From the NCBI GenBank assembly GCA_964016885.1, contig OZ024746.1:5952001-6016000 (forward strand): DNA of 64,000 nucleotides, read 5' to 3'. Every line of letters starts with the position of its first letter. Position 1 is the first letter of the stretch. Position numbers and translations under genes: made by a program. Origin of the DNA: Eledone cirrhosa. Taxonomy: Eukaryota. Under the pieces are notes generated by a model that was not told the origin of the DNA, searched no databases, and worked only from the letters and a program-made list of their open reading frames with translations. Below, piece after piece: positions 1 through 12,945 of the stretch.

Positions 1-356
1 TTTGCAAATTTGTCCTGCAACCGAAACATCGCTCCCACCTAGGTGCAGAACCTGTCATCCTCTCCCCTTTCCCTATATGTCTTCCGTAGCATAATAATCC
101 TTACTCTTTCCCTCCTTTTCTTCTCATTTACGACATTTATAGTGCTTTACTTTCCTATACAGCCAAATCTGCCCTTCTTTATCACTTCCCTCATTGTTTT
201 CATTACTTACCTTTCTTTTTATGTTTTTTAATAGTTCTATCATTGTAAAAATAGTTGTCGTATCATCCGTTTTGTTTTTATAGTACTGGCGGTATATTCC
301 ATGTCAAAGTATTTCTTCCAGTTAGAGACTAATACTATTATAGGAAAGTAATAATA

Positions 357-662
357 GTGGCACTCGTCGGTTACGACGACGAGTGTTCCAGTTGATACGA
401 TTAACCGAACAGTCTGCTTGTGAGATGAACGTGCAAGTGGCTGAGCATTCCACAAACACGCATACATTTAAGATAGTTTTCAGAGAGATTCAGCGTGACA
501 CAGAATGTGACAATGCTGCTCCTTCGAATTACAGGGGCACCTGAGTGGCCACCTGAGTGGACTGGAGCAATTTGAACGAAGTGTCTTGCTTAAGGACACA
601 TCATGCCGCCGGGAATCATGTGTAATCTGAATACCCTAACCACAATGCCACGCGCCTTCACA
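357..662 (-). mobile_element. tRNA-derived CORE-type SINE
   Basis: Minus strand: GTGAAGGCGCGTGGCATTGTGGTTAGGG head, then a CORE-like GTGTCCTTAAGCAAGACACTT...TTGCTCCAGTCCACTCAG domain; homologous to 2088-2385. Confidence 0.75.
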
Positions 663-694
663 ACTCTCGCAATAACAAAATATATATTAAATCA

Positions 695-912
695 ATGCGT
701 ACCCATAACCTCGTCCTCGGGGAGATTCAGCGAGAATGTGACAAGGCTGACCTTTCCAATTACAGATACATCTTATTTGTTCCAGCTGAGTGGACTGGTG
801 CAACGTTAGATAAAGTGTCTTGCTCAAGGACACAACGTGCCACTAGGAACCGAACTCACGACCTTACGATCGTGAGCCAAATGCCCTAACCACAATGTCA
901 CTCGCATTCACA
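695..912 (-). mobile_element. CORE-type SINE (partial)
   Basis: Minus strand: tRNA-like head with B-box-like GAGTTCGGTTCC and GTGTCCTTGAGCAAGACACTTT core. Confidence 0.7.
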
Positions 913-1391
913 GGAAAGGAATAATATTGTCAGTAAAATAATGAGTCAGAAATTGGAATTATATATTAGAACTTTACATTGGAAGTATTCCTTCCTATAA
1001 TTGTTCCTAGAGCAAAGATGTAGGCAGAGTCAGCAAGTTGTAGAAAGGTCCATAACAGTAAATAGTTCAGTGAGAAGGAGAAATTAAATTTTCTTTCTTC
1101 CATGCAACACTAACATATTTAGATTATGTAAGATAATTTTATATAACAGTTATTTCTTCGTAGAAAAAAACTATTTATGAAATTGAGAAAAAGAAATTTC
1201 ATTTTCTGCTATAATAATTTATTCAAATTGGCCAAGTTCATTGGAAAGATGCAAATGTAATGCATTAGAAATCCAACTTATACGTCTTTCCAAACAACAC
1301 TATTTTCTGAGCTAATGAGAGTTTCCACGTGGTTGTTCAACCTTCTAAACACAACAATCAAAATTTCCTCAAATAAAATAACACATTATAT

Positions 1392-1578
1392 AATTGTTTC
1401 TACTTTTGGCACCAGGCCAGTAATTATCACAGTGCATTACTGGTACTTTATTTTATCGACCCTGTAAGGATGAAAGGCAAAGTTAACCTCGGCGGGATTT
1501 GAACTCAGGTCATAAAGGGAGGTAACTCTATGCTTCAAAGCATGGCGCCCGACCCTCTACCAATACTGCCAATCCACC
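1392..1578 (-). mobile_element. SINE family A (tRNA head plus Meta/MESC-like central domain)
   Basis: Reverse copy of the window's dominant ~190-bp SINE: A box TGGCAGTATYGG, B box GAGTTCAAATCCC, central AACTTTGCCTTTCATCCTTACGGGGTCGATAAAATAAAGTACCAG, tail GTAGAAACAATT(ATT)n. Domain name assigned from memory. Confidence 0.8.
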
Positions 1579-1799
1579 ATATAATGTAGACTGTATGCAT
1601 ACATGATCCCTTAATTCCCGGGGGTGTCGTAGGATGGTCGTATTGGTATACGGCGTTTCTATGGCATTTTAAAATCTGATGGAGCCCAATTCTCTCCAGG
1701 TCTGAATACAATAGATTTCTTCTAGAGAAGGAAAGAGAGTGAGAGCGAATGGACGTGAGAAAGATATATAGAGGATGAATCTACCTCAGTACTTGACTG

Positions 1800-2000
1800 G
1801 TACAAGGCCAAACATTTTAGCGAGGGAAAAGTCGATTAAATTGACCCCAGTTCTTTACTTGTATATTATTTTAATGACTACGTAAGGACGAAAGGCAAAG
1901 TTAACCTCGGCGGGATTTAAACTAAGAACTTAAAGAATGGTAACTCTATGCTGCAAACCATGTGGCCGATGCCCTACCGATTACTGCCAATCCACCCCCT
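1800..2000 (-). mobile_element. SINE family A variant
   Basis: Same head and central domain, with a longer 3' part (GGGTCAATTTAATCGACTTTTCCC). Confidence 0.7.
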
Positions 2001-2087
2001 TCAGGTTTAGTAAATAATGATATAGTGAACCACATAATCTAAGCTGTTGTGGCATTGATTTAATATAACTTTTATTATTGCGAGAGT

Positions 2088-2385
2088 TGTGAAGGCTCGT
2101 GGCATTGTGGTTAGGGTATTCAGATTACATATCATTCCCGGTGGCATGATGTGCCCTTAAGCAAGACACTTTGTTCACGTTGCTCCAGTCCACTCAGGTG
2201 GTCACTCAGTTGCGCCTGTAATTCGAAGGAGCAACATTGTTACATTCTGTGTCACGTTGAATCTCCCTGAAAACTATGTTAAATGTACACGTGTTTGTGG
2301 AGTGCTGAGCCACTTGCACGTTCATTTCACAAGCAGGTTGATCGTATTAACTGGAACACCCGTCGTCGTAACGGACGGAGTGTCA
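2088..2385 (+). mobile_element. CORE-type SINE
   Basis: GTGAAGGCTCGTGGCATTGTGGTTAGGG head and GCCCTTAAGCAAGACACTTT core; inverted homolog of 357-662. Confidence 0.75.
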
Positions 2386-2559
2386 TTTATTTGTGTGTGT
2401 GTGTGACAGCCCACACCTATGTGTGTGTGTGTGTGACAGCTCATACCTATGTGTGTATGTGTGTGACAGCTCACACCTATGCAGGTTTAGCTGGCCTCCT
2501 CCAAGGTATATCTCGTTGGAGGTGTCTTGGGTAATTTAATAATAGGAACTCCAGTCCAC

Positions 2560-2738
2560 ATTATCGGTAGAAATAGGACGCCATGCTTTGACGCATAGAG
2601 TTACGGCCCTTGCCGTTCGAATTCCGCGCAAATTCCGCCGAGGTTAACTTTGCCTTTCATCCTTACAGGGTCGATAAAATAAAGTACCAGTAATACACTG
2701 GGTAATTGCTGGCCTTGTGCCAAAAGCAGAAACAATTA
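2560..2738 (+). mobile_element. SINE family A
   Basis: Central domain and tail match the family consensus. Confidence 0.75.
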
Positions 2739-2807
2739 TTTTAAAAATATATAAAATCATTGTATGTTTTCGACTGATTGTATCCAGTAAATCAGTTCAA
2801 TTTTAAA

Positions 2808-3026
2808 GTGTGCGACAGCTCACACCTATGTGTGTGTGTGTGACAGCTCACACCTATGTGTGTGTGTGTGACAGCTCACACCTATGTGTGTGTGTGTCAC
2901 AGCTCACACCTATGTGTGTGTGTGCGACAGCTCACACCTATGTGTGTGTGTGTGACAGCTCACACCTATATGTGTGTGTGTGACAGCTCACACCTATGTG
3001 TGTGTGTGTGACAGCTCACACCTATG
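2808..3026 (+). repeat. ~28-bp minisatellite GACAGCTCACACCTAT(GT)6
   Basis: About 8 tandem units. A shorter array with the same downstream flank (GCAGGTTTAGCTGGCCTCC...) lies at 2395-2560. Confidence 0.9.
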
Positions 3027-3104
3027 CAGGTTTAGCTGGCCTCCTCCAAGGTATATCTCATTGGAGGTGTCTTGGGTGATTTAATGATAGGGACCCCAGT
3101 CCTA

Positions 3105-3253
3105 TCATCTCATTTCTACAACTGAGTAAACTGGAGCAACGTGAAATGAAGTGTTTTGCTCAAGGAAACAACACATCACCCGGTCCGAGAATTAAACTCA
3201 CAACCTTTCGATTGCAAGCCCAATGCTCTAACCACTAAGCCATACGCCTTCAC
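3105..3253 (-). mobile_element. CORE-type SINE (partial)
   Basis: Minus strand: GTGAAGGCGTATGGCTTAGTGGTTAGAGC head and CCTTGAGCAAAACACTT core. Confidence 0.7.
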
Positions 3254-3446
3254 CAGTTATTTATATTGCTATAGTTACTATATTTCCTACAATGATATTT
3301 CCGGTGAAATATGTTTTTATTACTTTGGGGGAATATTTTAATGTACTTCATCGGTTTTAGCTGAAGTAGGAACATTTTTAGATGGCGGAAAAATAAAAAA
3401 CAAAGTCTTATTAGCAGAAGTCATCAATGATTACTTTTGTTTGAGA

Positions 3447-3790
3447 TCTTCTTCTTCTTCTTCTTCTTCTTCTTCTTCTTCTTCTTCTTCTTCTTCTTCT
3501 TCTTCTTCTTCTTCTCCCCCCCCCCCTTCCCCGTCCTCCTTCTCCCTCCCCCCTCCTCATCTCACTTATTCCTCAGACAGTCGTGCTGGAGAGGCAGAGT
3601 CCCCATTCACTGCTGCTTCCAGTGGATCCTGTCAGAAGCAACCGTTTCCAACTGGTCTGGCTGGATCCCCAAGAGTGACCAGCCAAGCTCATGGATGTTA
3701 TCCAACCATCTTGCTCAGAGTCTACTCCTGGGTCTCTTGCCGGCTGGTTGCATCCATGAACTGTCAATATAAGATATCATTTGCCTTGTT
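3447..3790 (-). mobile_element. RTE-clade (Expander/Rex3-like) LINE 3' end with (GAA)n tail
   Basis: Minus translation GKRPRSRL*ARWLDNIHELGWSLLGIQPDQLETVASDRIHW resembles the RTE ORF C-terminus; followed by (GAA)n at 3447-3515. Confidence 0.7.
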
Positions 3791-3952
3791 CCTGGAGCAG
3801 GGGGTGACCACTGCAATTCTTCTTTTGAGTAGGACTGAGCCGATATGAAGGAGGTGCTTTCCAACAGTAGTTTTAAAGTGTTACCAATAGCACTAACTTG
3901 GTTGTGTTGAGTTACATCCATGACCAATCTCCATCAAACATCATTGAATATA

Positions 3953-5035
3953 TCTACTATATAAATTGGAAGTGGTCGGATGTTGTATATTGTAAGTAGG
4001 TTTAGTCGGATAAACGTCGAAACGGCTTGGTGGAATGCAACGAAAATTTACACAGTTATGCAGAATCACCCGAGGAGGCGTTGAGTCGACTTTCAAGCTA
4101 CAAGCTTCTATGGTTACGGGGAAAATCGATGAAACAGGAATTTCCCATTCAAATTGAACTGAGAGTAATCTGTGAACGCAGAAGTAAATATTTCGAGAAA
4201 CGTTGCAACCGCACGAAAACAGGAACACGATATTTTGGTTCGTGAAGACGTTCCCTGGCAATGAACGGGAAAAAAGCGAGGATAATACGTCGTTATGTGG
4301 AGCGTGAAGAACAATTTCATGCAAAGACAAGACCAAGTTTATGGTATAAATGGGGTCGTTAGACTAATATTCTATTTAAAATAACAGAATGATTTGCAGC
4401 CCCGGAGTTTAAGAATGATGTAAATAATATTGAAAACGAAAATGACAGAGGTTATTAAAATACTAAAAGTAAATAGTGAAGATTTAGGCCAGTATATACG
4501 TATGCCCCGACGGACATACACATACATACGCACACACAAATACATACACACCCACAAACGCACACACACACATACATACGCGCGCGTGCGCACGCACGTT
4601 TTTATATAAACCTTATGCATTTCTACAGTACTTTCACCAAACTTAAGACATAGGTTACTTACGTAATCCGGATGGTGGGCACTTTCATTTTTCCAGATAT
4701 TGATTATAGGGCCCCCCGGCAGATAACCCCCTTTAACCACTTCCTTGGAGTCGACTGAAGCACTGCAGTGCAATGCAACAAAACGTCATAACTTCTGGAG
4801 TTCGCAACCGATTTTCACGAAACTTGACACATGGGCTACGTTTGTCCTACAGATGAATGTGAACTCTCAGAATTGGCACATATTGAGTAGGGGACTCCTG
4901 GGGGCAGGAACCCCCTTTTGGAAAAAGCCGATGATTTTGTAAAAGTATAGTTTTCGAAGCAGCACTGAAGTATTGAAATAAATGGTATACGCAACTGCTA
5001 TTTAATACCCGAGCAACGCCGAGTACCTCTGCTAG
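3953..5035 (+). mobile_element. non-autonomous Helitron
   Basis: Inserted between A and T with no TSD. 5' end TCTACTATATAAA at 3953; 3' end has an imperfect hairpin ACCCGAGCAACGCCGAGT followed by CTAG|T at 5032-5036; internal CCGATTTTCACGAAACTTG motif typical of such elements. Confidence 0.75.
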
Positions 5036-5680
5036 TATTTAAATAAACGTCTATTGTATCTTCTGTATCCCTTTGTCATCAAATTTGTTTTTTCTTATGA
5101 CGCATTAGCTGAGATTAATACACAGTACAACCTATTTTTTTTTTCAGGATTTACCTAAGAACGTATAAAACGAAGTGTATTAGATCGCTTAATTCTACAC
5201 TGGTATACACCTACATACAGATACGACTGTTCCTATGAGTTTAAACAGAAATAAGTAGGTGCTATATTTAATATAAAAGCTAACATTTTCCAAATGAAAT
5301 TCTTTAAGATTGATTGAATTAACACATAGAAAGTTAACAATGATGCTTATATTAATATGTACGATATATATTTCTTATTATGATTCAAGTTATTAAAAGC
5401 ATTTCTATTAAGAATACTATACATACGGTAACGAGAAAAAAATTAACCATAAGCTGCATGTGTCTCGTGGCGGAAGTAGGCCTTCCTTTCTATTATTCAA
5501 TAGTTAAAATAGTTACTTCTAATCATGTACTACTAATCTATATATATTGAACGGATGAAACTTAAAAGATCAGAATCCGTAAGGCGAAGCGTTAATTGAT
5601 TTAATATAACATGGAGGTAGCATTTGTTTGTTGTTCTTTAATATGCAGGAACATCAGTTTTACGTGTGTGCCAAGCAGTT

Positions 5681-6030
5681 AGGCGGTGGATTGTCAGAGT
5701 CGTTAGAATGTTGGATTGAATACTTTGCAGTATTCGTTTTGGCTCTCTGCTCTTCTAGTTCAAATCCTGCCGATGTCAACTTTACCTTTCATCCACTCAA
5801 GGTCGATAACAAAAGTACCAGTTTAGTACTGAAGTTGATTCTTCCTCTATATCTCTTTCTAACTTCTATTCTCTCACTCTCTATCTATCCTTCTCTGGAA
5901 GAAATCTGCTGTACTCAGAACTAGATAGGAGATGTGCTCCGCCAGGTTTTTAAAAAAGTACCCAAGTAACTCCGCCAGTAGTCCGCCCCAGTGACTTCCT
6001 CGGGAGTTACGGGACCATGCATGCTCATGC
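5681..6030 (+). mobile_element. SINE family C (family A head and core with a longer 3' module)
   Basis: Shared 3' GATTCTTCCTCTATATCTC...CCTTCTCTGGAAGAAATCTGCTGT module, also at 30661-30960, 37141-37420 and 55147-55445, and reversed at ~1680-1790 and ~63780-63900. Confidence 0.7.
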
Positions 6031-7132
6031 TGAAGTAAGCGCTAAATTACTTTCACAGCTGAAACTACTTTCAACATTATTATCAATCATTTTCAGAGAT
6101 TCTGAATAAAACCTACAGGAAACGTTACAAAATGCGACTCATAACTCTCGCTTATTGATTGTTTTTAATGTTTTCCAACCTTCCCTCAAATTTGTCATCC
6201 TCTGCCTATGTTTGAAATCCCTATTTTTCCAAGAAGAGAATGGTAGATTCGCAGGATCTTTAGAGCTTCGGACACAAAATTCTTTGCAGGAATTTGTTAC
6301 AGAGTTTAAAATAGGTTCAGAGTTTAAAATTCCGCCAACGTCAACTTTGCCATTCATTCTTTCAGGTCGATGAAATTAAGTTCCAGTAATGTCTGTCTGC
6401 GGTAGATTTTAAGTTACCTTCACCTACTTCTTAGAATTAATATCTATGCTAGAAACAATTATTTTACTAAGGATATTCGTAGCAAAAGTGAAATGAAGCT
6501 AATTGAACTGAAAGTCAAAATATGTTCGCATTATGACTTCGCTTTAAATTACTTTAACATTTGCATTTCTTTTGAATAGGGAAAGCAATTACTTTTTCTA
6601 GGTGGAGAATCAGGGTTATAACAGATTACATTGTTCGAAATATATAAGACAACGGAGAAGCTAAATTAAATACTATAATGGCGTTATGCCATTCCGGCGA
6701 GTTCATAGCTCTTACCTGCCTTAAAATTGAATTATTTTGATTCGATAGTCAGCAAAATTTTGTTGGAGACTAAATGCAAACGTCACAAGTTAATTACTTG
6801 AACTTGATTCCGCATTCCCGGAAGGAAGAAAGGAAAAAAACCGAACCTAGATGACTTTAAAGAATTTAGCACCGTTGCTTTAGTATATCTGTCAATACAA
6901 CATCCACTGATAGTAAAATGGACAAAGAAAAGAATCTGGAACGAACTACTTGAAAATTGAAAGATATGTGTCAATATCAAACTGACAATGGAATGAAAAA
7001 CAGAAATATAAAACAGAAATTAAAAACAGTTATATTTTCTTTCTGATTTTTATCTTTAAAACTTTTAATGGTTCAAGGATTTAAAAAAATATCAACGATT
7101 ATTTTGAGTAGCAAAAACATATATTGCATTAA

Positions 7133-7268
7133 ACACCACTATTAATACTACTACCACCACCACCACTACTAATACTACTACCACTACCACCACCACCACC
7201 ACCACCACCACCACCACCACCACCATCACAACTACTACTACTATCACCACCACCACTACCACCTCCAC
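7133..7268. repeat. (CAC/TAC)n microsatellite
   Basis: Visible trinucleotide tract. Confidence 0.9.
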
Positions 7269-7414
7269 CATATATGTCAGTGCCGGGTTCAATCGGTGGT
7301 AACCACATTTAGTAAGGTACTCAATACATTAGTAGAGTGTGAACTTTATGTTTAATATAGAAATGGCTTCTACAGGATTAGAACTGTTTTATTCAAAAGA
7401 AATCACCAGGAAAG

Positions 7415-7632
7415 CTTCCTGTCCTCAGCATGGAGAGTCGAGGTAGCGGGTTTTGTGATGGAGCTGACTAAGAGGTGGAGAATGTGTCACAATATGTCGC
7501 CTCCTAGATGAGCGGTTTATTTTCTTCGAAAGATAAGAGGGTAATTCGGTCGGGGTGTTTGCCGTCACCACAGTAGAGGCCTAGTGTGTCCCATTGTAAC
7601 GAGAAGCCGGCTGCGTCGAGGCTCCTTCTCAA
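7415..7632 (-). pseudogene. CRE-like non-LTR retrotransposon restriction-like endonuclease fragment
   Basis: Minus translation LRRSLDAAGF...GLYCGDGKHPDRITLLSFEENKPLI*EATYCDTF...HAEDRK matches the GDGKRPDG..W.ATC.DT..AE..K motif; contains stops. Confidence 0.7.
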
Positions 7633-8368
7633 ATAATCAAAGCAATAAGAATCCTGCAAATTATTAAGTTATTCAATAATGGCTGTTTGAATTTTCGTGG
7701 CAAATTTATTTAAAGTTTCTATTAGAAAAAGGTTTATGATATTTCGACAAAGAAACGGTTAATCTGTATTATTCTATGAAAGGAAAATATGTTTTTTAGT
7801 GTCTATTTTCCGTTTTCTCAGAAAATACGAGAGAAAGGGAAAAAATACAAAGACGAATTACTGAAGAATTTTGGAAATGTTTATAGATGACAATACATTA
7901 TGTTGGGCTTATTTTTTAAACTAGCAGAAAAACAACCCGAAGGGTGGTTTTTCTGCTAGCATGTGTAGTGTGCATATTTATATTATATGCAAATAAGATA
8001 TGTCAAATAAAATCGTAATTGACAATATACACAGAAATTGAAGAGAGACTGTGTTACACTCTCTTCTGTAATCAGTAAAGTAATCCATGATACATTTAAA
8101 ACAGACGATATTATATATAAACTGCATTACGGTGAAATGTAGTGAAACCTCATATAACAATGCAAATATATGGATGTTTATATAAGCGATGTAATAAGTG
8201 TTATGATATAACGGATGCTAACCGGAAGTGTAGACATTTGAAAATTTTAAAAGAAGTGAATCTTAAAATAAGCAATTAGTATATATAAGAATATTTATGT
8301 TTAATCAACAGCTACGAAATTTAGTACATAAATTATGTAATATTCATTCATTATTTATTCAAAGTAAA

Positions 8369-8558
8369 GGGCGGTGGATTGGCAGTATCACTAGAGGGTC
8401 GGACGCCATGCTTTCCAGCATAGTTACGTCCCTTTACGATCTGAGTTCAAATCCCGCCGATGTTGACTTTGCCTTTCATCCTTACGGGGTCGATAAAATA
8501 AAGTACCAGTAATGCACTGGTTAATTGCTGGCCTTGTGCCTAAAGTAGAAACAATTAT
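8369..8558 (+). mobile_element. SINE family A, full length
   Basis: GGCGGTGGATTGGCAGTATC...GAGTTCAAATCCCGCC...GTAGAAACAATT. Confidence 0.85.
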
Positions 8559-8654
8559 TTATTCAAAGTAATCCAACTTATTTTACTCACGGGATAAAAA
8601 AATATATTCGGGACGCAGTCCCGCACTCCTCCCTTTATTATAGTTATGATTAAT

Positions 8655-9085
8655 AATGGTTTCTGATTTAGGCATATGACCAACAACTTTGGGTGAGGGG
8701 CAAGTCCATTAAACCTACCCAAAGGCGTTACTGGTACTTTATTTTATCGAACCCGTAAGGTTGTAAGACAAAGCTAACCTCGACGAGATTTTAACTCAGA
8801 ACTTAAAGGGCCGTAACTCTTTGCTGCAAATCATTGGGCCCAATGCTTTACCTATTCCCCCCTCAACCCGCCACTCTGTATATTTAAATGGCACAAGGCC
8901 AGCAATTTTGGGGGAGGGGAAAGTCGATTAAATCGACCCCAGTGCGTGACTGGTACTTTATTTTATCGACCCAGTAAGGATGAAAGGCAAAGTTAACCTC
9001 GGCGGGATTTGAACTCATAATGTAAGGGGCCATAACTCTATGCTGCAAAACATGGGGTCCTATGCTCTACCTATTCCGACCGCTC
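8655..9085 (-). mobile_element. two tandem SINE family A variant copies
   Basis: Two reverse copies at ~8655-8875 and ~8888-9085, each followed on the plus strand by CTCTGTATATTTAAAT. Confidence 0.75.
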
Positions 9086-10329
9086 TGTATATTTAAATTC
9101 ATAATGAAACGAAAAAGAAAATCAGAAGAAATACTTATATATTTAAAAGACCATATTGGTATTATTGTTATAAATAGCTAAATGCTAGAAAATAAATAGA
9201 AAAAGACAACTGAAACCGCAAATGAAAAGACAAAACAAAGCAAAAGAAAAAAAAAGCGTTATCTGTTTTTTAGATTATTTAGATATTCTACTATTTTGGA
9301 ATAATATTTGATAGAATTGTTATTCATAAAGCCAAGTGTAGCGCCGTGTTTATATGATTGATACAATTGCATTGATTGTTGAGTAACCCATGGCGCTATT
9401 TCTATAAGATAATTCTCTTTATTCTAAAACCATTTTATTGTCTATTCCTCAATTTAATTGTTTATCCATAAAAATGTGAAACTCGAGCCTAGAATATCAA
9501 TTCTCTTCACATGTAAACTACAGTCGGCACTGGCAGAATTATAACTCAGAATGTAGTGTATTTAGTTGATTACTCTACCGCAAATAACACATTTGTAGCT
9601 TAACTTACCATATAATAGCAATTATTGTCAACATTGACATAAGCCAACACATTTGTAGCTTAACTTACCATATAATAGCAATTATTATCAACATTTGTAG
9701 AGAAAAAATGTACTCGTTTGAATCGATCTTGTTATATTTTTAACCTTGATTGAATGAAAGCAAAGTCGACTTTGAAAAGATATGAACCAAGAATGTAAAG
9801 TCTGGAGATTTCTGGTGTCCTTGTCCTAGGACCAGCTCCCTACACATCACCATCGGTATGGAGCTGGAGCCTCGCGTGCTGGAATAACTCTTCCAACGCG
9901 TCCCCCTCACCATCCTCCTGGTAAACGCCTTCTCTCTTCTGACCGCCGGGGCCGTACTACGGTCAACAGGTGGGCCTCCATTTGTTTATAACAGGGAGAG
10001 ATGGAAAGAGTGAGAGAACGGAGGGAATGGCTATAGCAGCATTGCTGAATTGGAACCTACCACGACCATCTCAAGTAAATGTACTTGAGGAAAGTTATTA
10101 TATTTCAAAATTTAATTCTTTAAAGGCTGAATTAAGCTATCAACAAGCTTTCCAAACACTTTTCAAACATTTACGCTTAATAAATGAAGCCATGAAATGT
10201 TCTCTATGTATTAAGCGCTGGAAACACAATTTTAGAAAGTTTTATTTTCGTTAACTTTCATCGGAAATGTTTGATGTTAGAAAACTTGGTGGGAAGGGAC
10301 AAAGATAATCCTTGATATTTGTTGTTTTG

Positions 10330-12096
10330 GTTTAGACAAGATAGGTAACATTTTGTTTTAGACAAGATAGGTAACATTTTGTTTTTGACAAGATAGGTAA
10401 CATTTTGTTTTTGACAAGATCGGTAACATTTTGTTTTTGACAAGATAGGTAACATTTTGTTTTAGGCAAGATAGGTAACATTTTGTTTTTGACAAGATAG
10501 GTAACATTTTGGTTTAGACAAGATAGGTAACATTTTGTTTTAGGCAAGATAGGTAACATTTTGTTCTTGACAAGATAGGTAACATTTTGGTTTAGACAAG
10601 ATAGGTAACATTTTCGTTTAGACAAGATAGGTAACATTTTGTTTTAGACAAGATAGGTAACATTTTGTTTTAGACAAGATAGGTAACATTTTGGTTTAGA
10701 CAAGATAGGTAACATTTTGGTTTAGACAAGATAGGTAACATTTTGTTCTTGACAAGATAGGTAACATTTTGGTTTAGACAAGATAGGTAACATTTTCGTT
10801 TAGACAAGATAGGTAACATTTTGTTTTAGACAAGATAGGTAACATTTTGTTTTAGACAAGATAGGTAACATTTTGGTTTAGACAAGATAGGTAACATTTT
10901 GTTTTAGACAAGATAGGTAACATTTTGTTCTTGACAAGATAGGTAACATTTTGGTTTAGACAAGATAGGTAACATTTTCGTTTAGACAAGATAGGTAACA
11001 TTTTGTTTTAGACAAGATAGGTAACATTTTGTTTTAGACAAGATAGGTAACATTTTGGTTTAGACAAGATAGGTAACATTTTGTTTTAGACAAGATAGGT
11101 AACATTTTGTTCTTGACAAGATAGGTAACATTTTGGTTTAGACAAGATAGGTAACATTTTCGTTTAGACAAGATAGGTAACATTTTGTTTTAGACAAGAT
11201 AGGTAACATTTTGTTTTAGACAAGATAGGTAACATTTTGGTTTAGACAAGATAGGTAACATTTTGTTTTAGACAAGATAGGTAACATTTTGTTCTTGACA
11301 AGATAGGTAACATTTTGGTTTAGACAAGATAGGTAACATTTTCGTTTAGACAAGATAGGTAACATTTTGTTTTAGACAAGATAGGTAACATTTTGTTTTA
11401 GACAAGATAGGTAACATTTTGGTTTAGACAAGATAGGTAACATTTTGTTTTAGACAAGATAGGTAACATTTTGGTTTAGACAAGATAGGTAACATTTTGT
11501 TTTAGACAAGATAGGTAACATTTTGTTCTTGACAAGATAGGTAACATTTTGGTTTAGACAAGATAGGTAACATTTTCGTTTAGACAAGATAGGTAACATT
11601 TTGTTTTAGACAAGATAGGTAACATTTTGTTTTAGACAAGATAGGTAACATTTTGGTTTAGACAAGATAGGTAACATTTTGTTTTAGGCAAGATAGGTAA
11701 TATTTTGTTTTAGACAAGATAGGTAACATTTTGTTTTAGACAAGATAGGTAACATTTTGGTTTAGACAAGATAGGTAACATTTTGTTTTTGACAAGATAG
11801 GTAACATTTTGGTTTAGACAAGATCGGTAACATTTTGGTTTAGACAAGATAGGTAACATTTTGTTTTAGACAAGATAGGTAACATTTTGGTTTAGACAAG
11901 ATAGGTAACATTTTGTTTTAGACAAGATAGGTAACATTTTGTTTTAGACAAGATAGGTAACATTTTGTTTTAGACAAGATCGGTAACATTTTGGTTTAGA
12001 CAAGATAGGTAACATTTTGGTTTAGACAAGATAGGTAACATTTTGGTTTAGACAAGATAGGTAACATTTTGTTTTAGACAAGATCGGTAACATTTT
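10330..12096 (+). repeat. 26-bp minisatellite with a 182-bp higher-order repeat
   Basis: GACAAGATAGGTAACATTTT plus a variable hexamer; about 68 units. Confidence 0.95.
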
Positions 12097-12651
12097 CGGA
12101 ATTTAATATGAGATGAATTAATTGCCTGTTTTCCATTTCATTTGAATGATCATAGTGTTAGAAATAACTGAAAATGATAATGATGATGGCGATAATGTTG
12201 ATGATGAGGATAACGATAATAAAAAGAAGAGATATGATAATGACGAAAATGATGATAACGAGGATGGTCAAGAAAATAATGTTAAAATAAATTTTGTTTT
12301 CCATGACGGGAAATATTAATTTTTCATCTTTGAGTAGAGACAATTTCAATAGCCAAAAGCTAATAGCTTTGAATGATTTCTACTTGAAGATACACTATAA
12401 AATAATGAGTTTGAAAACTACGTGTTCATATGGATGTATAAGTTATGGATAGACACCAAGAAGTGGTAAATATCATAGCGATTCGTTGTTTCCATTACTG
12501 AAGTGAATTTCAATATTTCCAGAAATGATATACTATATTTCCAGAAATGATATACTATATTTCCAGAAATGATATAAGTATAACTGTTTCTAAACTAAAT
12601 GAAAGTGTCGTTGTACTTGGCGAATCTCCAAAACTAGAAGTAAATATTCTG

Positions 12652-12945
<294 letters not shown>

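Noticed and set aside
5135-5170. Possible splice acceptor (T)nCAG and short terminal exon DLPKNV*
   Set aside because: No partner exons or recognisable homology; polypyrimidine-AG occurs often by chance here.
8369-8558. Functional tRNA genes in SINE heads
   Set aside because: A and B boxes are present, but they are fused to SINE core and tail in more than 15 copies.
10330-12096. CRISPR-like array (constant repeat plus variable part)
   Set aside because: The variable part is only 6-7 nt and recurrent; there are no unique spacers or cas genes, and the context is eukaryotic.
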